From Chromera velia (lineage: Eukaryota): a stretch of DNA of 59,109 nt. Position 1 is the first letter of the stretch. Every line of letters starts with the position of its first letter. The notes under the pieces are model-generated. The model saw nothing but the letters and a program-made list of their open reading frames with translations. It ran no database searches and was not told the origin of the DNA. The stretch lies in NCBI GenBank assembly GCA_018398765.1, contig JAHBMJ010000032.1:1-59109 (forward strand), in the 5' to 3' direction. Positions 39,737-52,187 of the stretch are shown here, piece by piece. The position numbers were made by a program, and so were the translations under genes.

Positions 39737-41326
39737 TCAGCTGTCAACTCGCTTTTTCTTCTCTTCAAACAGACTTACAAGACGAGCAAGCTCTTCATCT
39801 TTCATAAAGACGGTTTCATTCATTTTATACGCATGCTGAATGTAAAAAAACACAGACGAAAGTGGGACGTTATCGACGCGAATCTTTTTAGGCTTCCTGT
39901 TTCGGCCTAACTGCCAAAGGAGAGAGAAAGCACGCATGTTGGCTAAGTTGGTCGAAGCCTCGTCGGACTCCGGATATATATGCACAGCAATCCGGTACAG
40001 TTCATCTAGGTCCCTTTCTTCATCTTCAACGTATGCAATCGCTCGCAACCCTGAGGGCTCAAAAGCTTTCTTCTTATCATTCCACGACAAAATGTTCACC
40101 ACCTTGGAAACGTACCAACTCAGTTTTCTCTCCAAGCCCTCACCTTCATCATACTGGCACGCCACGAGTTGTCCTACCATGATAGAATACTCGCCTTTCC
40201 GAATCAATGGCCTGACTGTGGGACTTCGCACGCACTCTCACCCCCCGATCGTTTGACAACTTCTCTTAATACAAGAGAGCACAAACCGCACTCAACCGTA
40301 TCATACCGCGGTTTGGTACTTCAAAAGAGACAACCCCTGTCGCCCCCCCTTGCTTCTCTTCAGGTGTCGTCACCGCTCGTGCAAAGACAGAAAGGGACTG
40401 TTCTTGTGCTGCGTCTTCTATTTGAAACTGCTCCCGCAAGCTTTTAAGTTCTTCTCCCTCTGGTGTGTCATCCAACTCAATGGGGATCTCTACATCCATC
40501 ACCACCCACTCGTCATCTTCAATGTCCCCCCCCTCCCTGGCCCCCTCCCCAGCCTCCTCCTCCCCTTCCTCTCTACTCTCCCCTCCCTCAGCGGCCGCTT
40601 CATCGCTCTCGGCATTGCCATGTTCCGCATGTTCTCACATCTCCCCCTTGGTGGGCTTGTATGAACCCATGTTCACGTGAGCACTCCAGTCCCATGAAAG
40701 TGCGGTACTCTCTGAGAGTTTGATCTTCTCCAGCCCCTCTGCCATCTCTATCTTCCTCAAGTCCTCCCAGCATCGACGGAGACCTTCCTTGATACATTCA
40801 TGATCTCGTCGCTCATCTCCCGGCACGTTTCTCTGTAGGGAGCATTGTACCAAGGAATGTCAGATCTCGTCTTCTTACTATAGAACGACCGTTCGTAGTT
40901 GATAGCACCTGTGGTCTCGTTTCTGTGCTTGCTATCCAGGGAAGAGTTGATGCGGGCGATCTTCCGCAACAAAGACAGATACAGAAAATTGATCTGAAAG
41001 CTTGACCCCGGGCACAAAACACGGAGAAAACGGAAAGTGTGCTCACCTTCCTGGGAGCCAAGACACTGGGCATGCAGCTCAATGTTAGGATGGTTCTCTC
41101 TCAAGAATCGAACGAGGGCAACAAATCCGTGGAAACACACTTCAATGCACAACTCTGTGTTCCGAGTGAGCATATGCGTTTTTCGGGGTTTCTTTGCATA
41201 CCTCTTAACGTAGACACCCCAATGTCGCACACTCCACATCGCTTGGGCGATCCGAGAAACTTTCTCTCTCAACCCAATGTCGTTGTCGTTGAAGCACGTA
41301 TCGACACAGATGCTGATTCGGATCAA
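39737..41326 (-). pseudogene. C-terminal part of a P-element/THAP9-like DDE transposase (frameshifted)
   Basis: MLTRNTELCIEVCFHG...LGSQEGEHTFRFLR...INF resembles the SQxxE..FR.LR final-catalytic-Glu region of P-like transposases. Broken into ORFs 40757-41326, 40266-40505 and 39737-40231. Confidence 0.5.
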
Positions 41327-41329
41327 TTT

Positions 41330-42175
41330 TCCCCAAGACGGGTTTCAGATTGCGACAACTTTGAAGAGAAATGTGATACTCTGATTAAAGAAGGCAAAGA
41401 AAAGGGCCTTTTTCCAAAACATTGTGATACTCGTTTCCATGCAGAAACTTTTTTTCGCTTTGGGGTGCCTGATGCAAAGGAACTTTTGTGTATGACGGCA
41501 AAGCAGTTTGATTTGTTCGCTCAGTCTGAGTGGGGGAAACTCTGGAAGCCGTATGATCTGGAAATATGGAAGAGGGCTGTATTCGGCAATGCCTTCACAG
41601 AAATGAGCAGATCCATGGCTCAACACACTCATCGGGAACGAGGTAAGAGACAGTTGCAGGAAGAAGTGGACGCTGCCAGTGGGGGAAAAAGGAAGAAAGG
41701 GAATGGAGACGGCCTACTAGTAGATGGACCCTCAGAGGGAGACGGAGAAGGAGGTGAATCGGAGGAAGAGGGAGGGGACGATCAATCGGAGATAAGTGAT
41801 GAAGATGCACCCCCTGCCTCTCTCTGGATCAACAAGGTTATAGTTGAGCTCGCTAAGGTGACCTACAAAAACTTTGTTGCTCCTGCGTGTCTTCACGTCG
41901 GACGAATCAGGAAGCACAGGGGAAGGGATGGTTACTGGGACGGCAAAGCGTGGTCTGCAAAGCTTCGTTGCAAGGTGTGTGCAGCAGAGATCAATCTGAG
42001 TGATGTGTCCCCTGAAGAGAAAAAGGAGTGGGAAGAGAAAGGGCAGAAATGTGTAGCCCACACGAAGAGCAACGTAAAGGTTGACACTTTCATGAAGCAC
42101 ATCAAAGCAAAGAGCGGTTGTCACGCATCAAACAGTGACACCATTACCATTCAAGAAAATGGTTTCAAAGCTTGA
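41330..42175 (+). pseudogene. Zinc-finger-bearing (CxxC...H...H) fragment, probably a transposase N-terminal part
   Basis: LRCKVCAAEI...FMKHIKAKSGCH after an acidic linker and NLS-like GKRKK; no convincing ATG start. Confidence 0.4.
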
Positions 42176-43959
42176 GTTAGAGAAGAGCCAACCTTGCACA
42201 TGCAACAGATTTCTTGTTGGAGTCTTAATAAGTGTTGGAACCCTCTTTTTCCTTTTTCGATCTTTACCAATGGCATCTGGAACCCTCTTTATCCCTCTAC
42301 CTCTCACAGTCCTTTTCCAACGTTTTCCAGTCGGATTGGTGGACAAACTTTTGAATATTTGCATTGTGTTCAATGTTTCATAACTGGTTTTGGACGGGTT
42401 CTTTGGGGTTCTTGGAGGGTCAGACTGAGAAGACTAGAACCTAGGTTCTAGGAACCTAAGAACCTAGAGGTGGAGACGTATAGTTTTTAAGCTCGAACCG
42501 AGTAAGAACCTTCAACCAATACTCTAAAAGTGTCATTTTCTTGTTTTTTAGAACTTCTTTTGCTTATAAAATAAGTTTGGAGTTCATTTTAAATGTTTTA
42601 GAGCTTAGATTACTACCACAAAGTCGTTCAACGACTATATCTATATTTCCAAGTGCCTCCCCGTAGTTTTTCTCTAAGCGACTTGGGTGTCTGATCCCAA
42701 TGGTTGACGAGGTTATCTTGGAGTTGTTCTGATTCAGCTCATGCGAAGTGGTTCGACTTAAAATGGAAGATCTCGATGATGACATCTCCGTTTGTGTTGA
42801 TGGCGATCCGGTCTCCGATCTTGTCCAACCAATTGTACAAAGGCTGGAGTATATGTTGCTTGAGGCCCTCTCATGTGTTCTCATTGAAGGGGTCACTTCA
42901 CCTTGGTCTTGTCAATCAATATGCTCTTCTATACTTGCAAAAAGTTTCTCTCATCCCTCTTGGTTGTTTCTCCTGCCAGAGTATGTCGGTCCTGCTGTAT
43001 ATATATACTAGTAGTACCCCAACTCTATTCCTCCTTTACACCGAGCTTACGCGAGGTAGGCCGTAAAGGTCCAGATGCGAGTTTGGGGGGTATATTACAG
43101 TCGCCTAAGGACCACCAATAGGATAAAGATATCAGTGATCGCTATACAGCAACGGAGCCTTGGGGGGAAACAGGATTGAGTCGCTCTGGGCTACTCACGA
43201 CTGTTTCAGCGACTCGCGCACCCAGTCTTCCATACGCAGGGCGCCTCTGTATAGCAGACTAACATCCTTCCTACGATTCCTTCTTCTCTCCTTACCTCCT
43301 TCTCATAAAGTAGGTAAGGATAGACGACTGTTCGAGAATTATTACCCCTAGGCTATTAGCCTAGGTTAGCAATATACTCCTTCTTCGGAGACGAGGAAGT
43401 CTCCAAATACAACTAAACAGTGATAACTGCTTAAGTCTGTGTGTCTTCAGGTCTAGGGCCCTGGAGCGGGGAAGTGCTTGGCGGTGGAGGGGGGGTGTCT
43501 AGTGGAGTGTTGTGGGGGTTCTGACATGTTTTTGTGCTGGGGGGGTAGGCTTGGGTGTCTGCTGGAGCTTGGAGGAGGCAGATGTGACCGTCTGTGCTGC
43601 ACGGTCTCCCTTGCGAGACACATTGGCACGATGTGCACCTTCTTCCCAACCTATGACATGCACAGCATTCGCTCGCCCTCGCCTCTTGCAAGTTCCGGGG
43701 TGGGAGGGTGGGTGTTTTGGTGCTGTGTCTGGCTGTTGTGTCTTCATCTTCGCTGTCTGAATGCTCTGAGTCCACCAGATCAGGGGGTTTGTCATCCTCT
43801 TCCTCTTTCTCCCTTTCCTCACCGCCCCGCCTCTCCTTCCATGTCCTTTTAACTTATTAATAAAGGCGCCGCTCGCGGACTCTCTTGTCTGCTACCCATT
43901 TACACCTCTCGAGGGGGTCCGTTGGGGCTTCGTCCGGCACTCCCAGGTACCCCTTTAGG

Positions 43960-44680
43960 GGGGTGGGGGTCTCGGCTGGTGTATCACTAAGGCTTTCGGG
44001 GGTTTGCGTGTGTGTCTGGGGGGGGGGTTGTGTATGTGGGGTAAGTGTCTGCGGGGGTGCTGGTGGTTGGAATGGAGCTGCCTCTGGGGTGTCACTGAGG
44101 CTTTCTGGAGTCTGTGGATGTGTGTGCGTGTGTATGCATGTATGTGGGGTAGGTGGCTGCGGGGGTTCTGGTGGTTGGAAGGGGGCTGCCTCTGGGGTGT
44201 CGCTAAGGCTTTCTAGGGTCTGTGGGTATGTGTGCTTATGTGTGTGTGTATGCAGGGTGGCTTTGGGGGTTCTGGTGGTTGGAAGGGGGCTGCCTCTAGG
44301 GTGTCACTGAGGCTTTCTGGGGTCTGTTGGTGTGTATGCTTGTGTGTGTGTATGTATGCAGGGTGGGTGGCTTCGGGGGTTCTGGTGGTTGGAAGGGGGC
44401 TGCCTCTGGGGTGTCGCTAAGGCTTTCTGGGGTCTGTGTGTGTATGTATGTGAGGTGGGTGGCTTTGGGGGTTCTGGTGGTTGGAAGGGGGCTGCCTCTA
44501 GGGTGTTGCTAAGGCTTAAAAGTTTCTGGGGTCTGTGGGTATGTGTGCATATGTGTGCGTGTATGCGGAGTAGGTGGCTTCAGGTGTTCTGGTGGTTGGA
44601 AGGGGGCTGCCTCCGATGAGTCGCTAAGGCTTTCTGGGGTCTGTAGGTATGTGTGCTTGTGTGTGTGTGTGGGTGGGATG
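43960..44680. repeat. ~105-bp minisatellite x6-7
   Basis: Core GGGGTTCTGGTGGTTGGAAGGGGGCTGCCTCTGGGGTGTCGCTAAGGCTTTCTGGGGTCTGTG with variable (GT)n spacers. Confidence 0.9.
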
Positions 44681-45174
44681 GGTTTCTTTGGAGGTGCGGC
44701 GGCCGGTTAGAAGGAAACTGTCTCAGAGTTCAGTGAGGAGCACGTCGGGGACTGGGTGGAGGGCATGTTGCAGGAGGGGGGGGGGTTTACTGTCTGTGCG
44801 AGTGCGGGATAGGGTGAGGTCCTCATGGGGGTGGGGTTAGGAAGGAGTCCTGGGTCCAGACTGAGTGTTCGCAGGGCAGGCACTGCCAGCTGTAGTGGGG
44901 AGGCGTTGTGGATGGTAGTACTCGGTGGTGGGAGGCGGCGGTGATGAGGGGAGAAGGCGAAGGGGCAGTATTTGGTGATCTTGCGGTCTTCAGGTTTGTC
45001 CAAGTCTCTGTCGTCCCATAGGTCTCTTTCCTCGGGGGGGAGGGAAGGGGGTCGGAGGGGGAGAGGGTCTGAGTTTTGTCTGGGGATGCTCGCTTTGTCA
45101 AATCTCCATCTCCTGGGTGGTGATGGGGTTGGGGGAGTCCTGGTGAGTTGTGAGGAGGGCGTGATGGTGCCTAT

Positions 45175-45770
45175 GTGAAAACGTTCTGGTGTGTGGTTGG
45201 AAGATGCGGGGGGCCGCGGTTAGGGTTGAGTGTGGGCCGTTTGCCCAGGGGAGGGTCCGGCCATGGGTTAGCCCCCCTCCCCTACTGACAGTGTACAACA
45301 ATCCCCCAGAGGCATACGCACCCCCCCCTCCTGCTTACGGGAGGAGGAAGGGCCGGCCACTGCATCATAGGCGTTTGGGCCCCCCCCCCCCCNCCCCCCC
45401 CCCCCCAGCCGTGTCACAGGCGTTTAGTTATTCACTTGGCCATCGGACTCCCCTCCCGCTATCTTCTTATTGCTGTCTGTTTGTGAAAACGTTCTAGTGT
45501 GTGGTTGGAGGATGTGGGGGGCCGCGGTTGGGGTTGAGTGTGGGCCGTCTGCCCGGGGGAGGGTCCGGCCGTAGGTTGGCCCCCCTCCCCCACCGCACAA
45601 CAATCCCCCAGAGGCACACGTATCCCCCCCTCCTGCTTGGAGGGGGAAAAAGGGCCGGCCGCCGTGTCACAGGCGTTTGGGCCCCCCTCCCCCCTAGCCG
45701 TGTCACAGGCGTTTAGTTGTTCACTTGGCCGTCGAACTCCCCTCCCGCTGTCTTTCTGTTACTGTCTGTT
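45175..45770. repeat. ~310-bp tandem duplication
   Basis: GTGAAAACGTTCT.GTGTGTGGTTGGA.GATG.GGGGGCCGCGGTT at ~45175 and ~45483. Confidence 0.8.
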
Positions 45771-47966
45771 TCTTTCTGTATCTTGCTGTTACTGGCTGTG
45801 TCTATCTACATCTGTCTGAATTTGTATCCATCTGTGTTTGTCTGCGTTTGTCTGCATCTGTCTATGTCTATCTGTGGCTGCCTGCGTCTGTCTGTGTCTG
45901 CTTGTAGCTGTCTATGTCTGCCTCCGGCTTTCTGTATCTCTCTGTCGCTGTCTGTGGCTGCCTGCGTTTGTCTTGTCCTGCCGTCTTTTGCCTGTCTCCG
46001 TCTGCATATACACTGCGGCTACTCTGGTTTGCCTTTTTGCTTTGACGACTGTCCACTCTTAGCTTTCTGTCTGTCTGTTTGTGCCTGCTTGTGTATTTGT
46101 CTGTTCTTGGATCTGAGCTAAGGGTGCTTAAGAAGAGAAGGGAGGGGAATAAAAAGAGGAAGAGGAGAAGGAAGAGGAAGAGGACGAGGAAGAGGAAGAT
46201 GAAGAGGAAGCGGAGGAAGGAGAGGAAGGTGAGTCAGAATAAGTAGGAGGGGCAGGGCCTGGCGTCTCTGACAGCAAGTTCTCGATCCCTTTCTGGAGGG
46301 TCTCATCATCTTTTAGCCCCGCATTGGATGTGAGGTTGGCTCCGGCTGGGCTGACATTTAGTCGGCAGACTATTGGGGTACGTGATGGATGGCCTTGCCT
46401 GCCTGTCTACTCGCTGGTCATCAGGGGGGGTTGTGCAGATGGCTACCTCCACCATCTTTTTGACTATCTGTGGCGTCTGGGGCTGTGCGGGTTGCCTCGG
46501 GTACGGGTTCTCTCCCCTCCTCCATCTGGCTCTCCACTCCTCCCTCTCCTAGATTTCCTTTTCTGCCTCCTCAGAGTCTCCCCATTCTCTGCAGGTTGCT
46601 GTCTGGACTTGTGCTCGGCATTCCCTAGCCTGTCTGATTGGGTCAGCCATCCCTCGTCGCAGCCCAGAGGGTCCGAAAGGTCCTTGAATCGGAAGGGGGA
46701 GGATTGGTGGTATCTTGGGCGGGGGGGTTCAACTTGGAAGGGTGCGGACTTCTGCCATAATGAAGCTAGAGCTGGGAGGCGGCTGCCTTCGTTACTCCAC
46801 CCTCCACTCCCTCGCTTCCTTTTTCACCCTTCCAACCGCTTTGGCGTGTCCTTTCCTCTCCCTCTCCCACCATTGCATCATTTTGATTCGGCCCTGCTCT
46901 ACCCGGGGCGGGTCTGTCCAACATGCGTTTGCAGCCAGTGCTGCGGCGTCCATTCACCTCCTCTCCTTCTGTTTGTCCCTCCCTACTAGGCCCCACTCAC
47001 ACACTATGACTGGCTGGCTGGGTGGAGAGAGCTCAGCTGTTGTTGCTTCCTACGCCCTCCCTACCGTGGGAAGGGCGGGGTAATTTTCGTGCGTCTCGTC
47101 GGGGGGCCCATCTGGCTGAGAGGTGAACCTGCAGAGGGATGCACATGGTGGTGGAGAGTTAGCTGCCCTACTCGGGGGGGCTCCCTTGGCTGTGGACAGG
47201 CCCACTTTGCTGGCGCCATCTGCCTTACTCTTTGACTGGCCTTTTGATGTTTTTCGACGTCCTGGGCGATGACAGTCAGTGGTTAAAGACGGAGGAGTAG
47301 GAGATGTTGAAGACGGAGGAGGAAACGGCCCAGCTCTCTTATTAGAGAGGTCATATCGAGACAGGGAAGGAGAAGAGTGCTTGTGTTTAGGAGACTGCGA
47401 CATGGGTGCTGCTCCCTTACTGAGTCTCGATAGGTTTGTTCAATGGAGATAAAAGCAGCAACGAAGAATTCTATGCTCAATTTGAGTTTTGCATATACGT
47501 TCAGCCCTGTGTGGCCACGTATCGGTTGCTCACATCGCTGGGTTTGGCGGGTCCTTTCACTCCCCTCACCGGTGTTCACACTTCTATACCCCCGCTCCTT
47601 TTGGGAGCAAAGAGAGTGGCAAGTGGACACGGGAACCGGCCCAGCAGAGTGATGCTTGGAAGAGAAATAAACGGAGATGGCAGAGATAATTAGATGATCA
47701 GATTTCCTTTATTTCTCAACCATTTTTCTTCAAAAAACTATGAGCGGGTGTCTTCTTATGTCAAAAGGTAGTTTCCGTTGTGAAACCATCAAAACGAGAG
47801 GGGCCTAGAAGTATTAAAATAAATAAATACAGAAATTGCAGGAATGGGGTTCATATAATCGAGTTCAAGCTTAAGTGGGGTACGTTAGACACAGAAAGTG
47901 TCACAACGACTACAGCTGTATGGAGACCAGTTTGAAAGATGATCAAGGCCGCTATATTAGGCATCT

Positions 47967-48056
47967 GGAAAATCGGACACGTCCAGAAAATCGGACGTGT
48001 CCGGAAGACCAGACGCGTCAGGAAAATCAGACGTGTCCAGAAAATTGGACGGACAT
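47967..48056. repeat. 18-bp tandem repeat x5
   Basis: GAAAATCGGACGTGTCCA variants. Confidence 0.8.
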
Positions 48057-49047
48057 ATCTAACAAAAAAATCTAAAAAATCAGATTGAAACGAAAAAATA
48101 AAATTGAAGTGCGATTTGGGAATTGAGGTTTCAAGCTCGTCGAAGGATTCGGCTCTGAACTTCGAAGGATTTGCTCTCTGAACCTTTAGATTCAATTTTT
48201 CTCTGAACTTTAACTTCTGACTTAGAAGAATTTGAATCGAGTCTAAAATTGAACTCAGTCTTGAACCTTCTTGTACAAACAACTTCAATCAATTGGCTCT
48301 CTATGAGTGTTCATTCTAGGCTCTTTGGTGCCCGTTCTCTTCTAGTCTTACCTAGCTGCCTGGCTCAGACACAAAGTCCGACCAGCGCAGTTCAGCGTGT
48401 GGAGACCTGATAAGAGGAGAGGAAAAACTAGCGGAGCTTTAAGATATTCCAGAGAATCCTTTACACAAAATGCATCCATTATTTAATAATTATTTAATTG
48501 ATTGTTTGATATATAGAAATTAAATGAGTAAGCGAATTGATTCAAGATTTGTTTCTTGGTAATTGGTCAAGAACATCACTGCTAATCACTGCAAGGGTAT
48601 AAAAGAGAAAAGAAAGAAAGAAAGAAAAAGGGAAAAAACGAGAACTTGTGTCCCTCTTCTCTTTTGCTGTCACCTCTTTTTATCTGATCAGCCGATGAAT
48701 TGCACATCTTCCAAATGATGATTGAAGGTATTTTTCATACATGCCGCATCCCTGTATATGAGAGGCAGATCTAACCTAGTTTGTCGATTTGTTCCGTCTT
48801 AAGACTACCAGCGACGACCAAGTTCCACATCTGTTCTCACCTCTTATTACCTCTCGCCTTTCGTGTACTCATCAATAGGCGCGTTTAAGGGCCCTAATGC
48901 GTGGGAGCACTCGCGCGTCGATCGATCGCGCCTGATAATTTTTCTCACTTATGCATGCATGCACTCCGCGCGCGCGCACATATGCGCGCGAACTCTGGAC
49001 CGCCATTTTTTTTTTTTTTAAAGCATGCATGCATCGAGGGGAGAATC

Positions 49048-49137
49048 AAGGTCGTAGAAGGTATGACAGGAAGGTCGTAGACCGTATATCAGGAAGGTCG
49101 TAGAACGTATGCCATCCAGGTCGTAGAATGTATGCCT
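49048..49137. repeat. 23-bp tandem repeat x4
   Basis: AGGTCGTAGA..GTAT core repeated every 23 bp. Confidence 0.8.
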
Positions 49138-49829
49138 TCTGTTGAATTGCATGCATTATTTTGTATATGCATGTGCGTGAATTGATGCATGAAGCTGCTG
49201 CAGGTGCTGGGTGCTGGGGCTTTGCCAGAAATCCACACGGTCGGTCGTTTCGCCATAAGTCTTTTGTGTATGCCCTTCTACCGAATCAGCCCTTTCAAAG
49301 CAAGCAAATTGTATTTCCATCTGCTGTCTGATTTTGACTGAGTCATGAGTGAACCATTCACGGACCGCGAGAGGGAGGAGATAGACAGACAACTCACCGA
49401 ATACGCTTTAGAGCAGAGCCGCGAAAGCGTTGACGCATTTCAGTTGGAGGAGGAGGCAAGGTTTTAAGAGTATTCGACCACTGCACATTCTAGATTCGCC
49501 ACCATGGATGAGTGGAAAAAGGCCCGGTTCTCCCTGTACCAGACGAAAAAGGTATATATGTATTGAGAACATCAGAAGATAAGGGAGACGCATGGGTCTG
49601 ACTATGATCCCTTTCATCCAACATTCCTTTTTTCTTACCCTCCTTCCTGCCTGCCTGCAGCGCGTGCGGGAGGATGCAGACCGAAAAGCTGAGAAAAAGG
49701 TGGGTTTGCATGATCTCTTTAATGCTGCAGCGGTTCATTTTCGGCTTCTTCCTTTCTTTCTCATTTGCAGTCATGCACTCCTTTGACTGCTTATGATCCT
49801 GCACATTTTGTTGGTCAGTCCTCTTTGTT

Positions 49830-50350
49830 CTCTTTTCCTCTCTCTGTTCTTTCCTTTTTTCAAGGGGAACGCTTTTCGCTCTGCACGGGTTTGTCGCATT
49901 CGCCGAAATCGAACGCACTTCCCATGAGGATTTGCTACACCCTACCCCCTTTTCGTCCCTTTGTTTCATCCCGTCTTGTTTTGGAACACGGCTTGATTGC
50001 ATGAGAACCAACACACAATGTTGATGAGTCTTCTCTTTCCTCTCGTTCTTCTCTGCCTTTTCCAAGGGGAATGCTTTTCGCTCTGGACAGGTTTGTCGCA
50101 TTCGCCGAAATCGAACGCACTTCCCAGGAGGATTTGCTGCACCCTACCCCCTTTTTGTCCCTTTGTTTCATCCCGTCTTGTTTTGGAACACGGCTTGATT
50201 GCATGAGAACTAACAAGCAATGTTGGTTAGTCTTGTCTTTCCTCTCGCTCTTCTCTGCCTTTTTCAAGGGGAATGCTTTTCGCTCTGGACGGGTTTGTCG
50301 TATTTGCCGAAATCGAACGCACTTCCCAGGAGGATTTGCTGCACCCTTCT
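49830..50350. repeat. ~203-bp tandem repeat x2.5
   Basis: CAAGGGGAA(C/T)GCTTTTCGCTCTG...GAGGATTTGCT at ~49861, ~50063 and ~50265. Confidence 0.88.
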
Positions 50351-50758
50351 CCCCTCCCCCCCCTTAAAACAGCCTCCAGTTTCACCGGATGCATCGTTGC
50401 AGGTCGTCTTCTGGCAAAAGTCTTTTCTGCTCAATTAGATCGTCCAGGTCAGCTTGAAGTTACAGAGCCGTGCATCCCCACTGTTCCCCACCCTCCTGTG
50501 TGCAGACGAAAGAGACCGAACCCGCACAGGAGCCTACCGGTGACGAAGGAGACCGTACCCTTACATACACCCTCCTGGTCAGTGAATGTTCGGTCAGCTG
50601 TGTCATTTCAGCATGAGGGGCGGGAATTCCATTCTTGTCAGATGTGAGGCACATGCATGATGTCTCGTATGACGAAAAGGCTTTAGAGCGACCTTTCGCG
50701 TGATATAATGGTCTGGCTCTTAAATCACATACTGTTGTATGATTTTCCTTAATTGCAG

Positions 50759-51061
50759 CTAAAAAACCTTCCTTACAGAACCACAGTAGAAGAAGTCCGT
50801 GAGGAACTGAACAACATAATGCCAGATCTGATGCAACGGGCCGCTTCTCTTCTATGCCCTCTCAATTACCGTGGAGCCATGGCAATTGACTTCCACACAC
50901 TCGGGGAGGCCGAGGAGGCCAAAACTGTGGCAGCCTGCATCGAGTTTGATGACAGATCTGTGGTACCCAAGATTGTGAAGAAGTACTCTTCATCTTCGTC
51001 CTCTGCTGCTTCATCTTCGTCCTCTGCTACTTTTTCTTCTTCTTCTTCTTCTGGGAGCTAG
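50759..51061 (+). CDS. RRM-like terminal exon of an unresolved gene
   Basis: After a TTGCAG acceptor: LKNLPYRTTVEEVREE (RNP2-like) ... RGAMAIDFHTLGEAEEAK (RNP1-like) ... IEFDDRSV, then a Ser tail and stop. Confidence 0.5.
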   Translation, partial: LKNLPYRTTVEEVREELNNIMPDLMQRAASLLCPLNYRGAMAIDFHTLGEAEEAKTVAACIEFDDRSVVPKIVKKYSSSSSSAASSSSSATFSSSSSSGS

Positions 51062-51767
51062 GAAATGAGGACTGCTCGTTCGATCTTCTTCTTACTGTCT
51101 TGTCGACGAACTTGCTGTCAAACGTTAAAAGCCTAGAAATAGGCTAATAGCGATAGCATATTATGATAATAATCATATTATATACGTTTTAAACTAGAAT
51201 TTTTCTAATTAGTGTCTAATTGGAACCAATTGGAAACTTCCCTCTTGGAGTGGCAATCTTGGAATTTGTGGATGCCCTGACAGCCCCTGAGTGCCCACCC
51301 ACACTGCAAGAGGTGAATGTTTATGACATGTGTCTGACATCTGAAGACCAATATATTGAATTTCCCGACGAGGTACTGGAGACACTGGGTGCCGCATGTA
51401 TGACAAATGATAAACTGAAATATCTGAGATATTTCAGAATATTTGTAGATATTTCTATCCCCCATTAAATATCTTTATATATCTCAAATATCTAAGATAT
51501 TTCATAATAGTTCATATCTTTAAATATCTGACTGCATCAAATTATATGACAGGAAGACATTTGAAGATATTTCTAGATATTTGTTTTAGAAAATATTTAT
51601 CTTTACTTATATAACTAATACAATAGACTATGCAGTTGATTGAATACTAGCAAATATCTGCAAATATCTGGTGATATCTTAAAATATAGAAAGATATTTT
51701 AAATTTGTCTACAAATATCTTAAAATATTTATAATTATTTTGAGATATGTATGGACAAACATTTTTT

Positions 51768-52155
51768 GGAAGGAAGGAAGAAAGAAAGGAAAGAAGGAAG
51801 CAAGGAGGGAGAGAGGGAAGGAAGGAAGGAAGGAAAGAAGGAAGGAAGGAAGGAAGGAAGGAAGAAAGGAGGCTAGCAAGGAGGGAAGGAGGGAAGGAAA
51901 GAAGGAAGCAAGGAGGGAGAGAGGGAAGGAAGGAAGGAAGAAAGAAAAGAAGGAAGGAAGAAAGGAAGGAAGGACGGAAGGAAGGAAGGACGGAAGGAAA
52001 AAAGGAAGGAAGGAAGGAAGGAAGGAAAGAATGATGGAAGGAAGGAAGGGACTTGAAGGAAGGAGGGAAGGAAGGAAGGAGGAAGGAAGGAAGGAAGGAA
52101 GAAAGGAAGGAAGAAAGGAAAGAAAGAAGGAAAGAAGGAAGGAAGGAAAGAAAAA

Positions 52156-52187
<32 letters not shown>

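Larger units (their letters stand above)
39532..42478. mobile_element. Deleted/rearranged DNA transposon with P-element-like transposase fragments
   Basis: Imperfect TIR TGTCTCCATCATTTGGTTCTTA vs reverse complement CGTCTCCACCTCTAGGTTCTTA; subterminal CTAGAACCTAGGTTCTAGGAACCTA at both ends. No TSD found. Confidence 0.55.
42564..47700 (-). mobile_element. Degraded retroelement-like region with a CxC Cys cluster and internal tandem repeats
   Basis: CCACHRLGRRCTSCQCVSQGRPCS...CQN (43431-43775) followed by stop-riddled coding-like sequence. No RT motif recognised. Confidence 0.3.

Noticed and set aside
41039..41330. N-terminal part of the 378-aa + strand ORF
   Set aside because: It is the antisense shadow of the P-like transposase fragment; only the part after ~41330 looks coding.
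43960..44680. CRISPR-like array (conserved repeat with variable spacers)
   Set aside because: The spacers are (GT)n microsatellite variants of each other, the repeat is too long, and there are no cas genes; it is a minisatellite.
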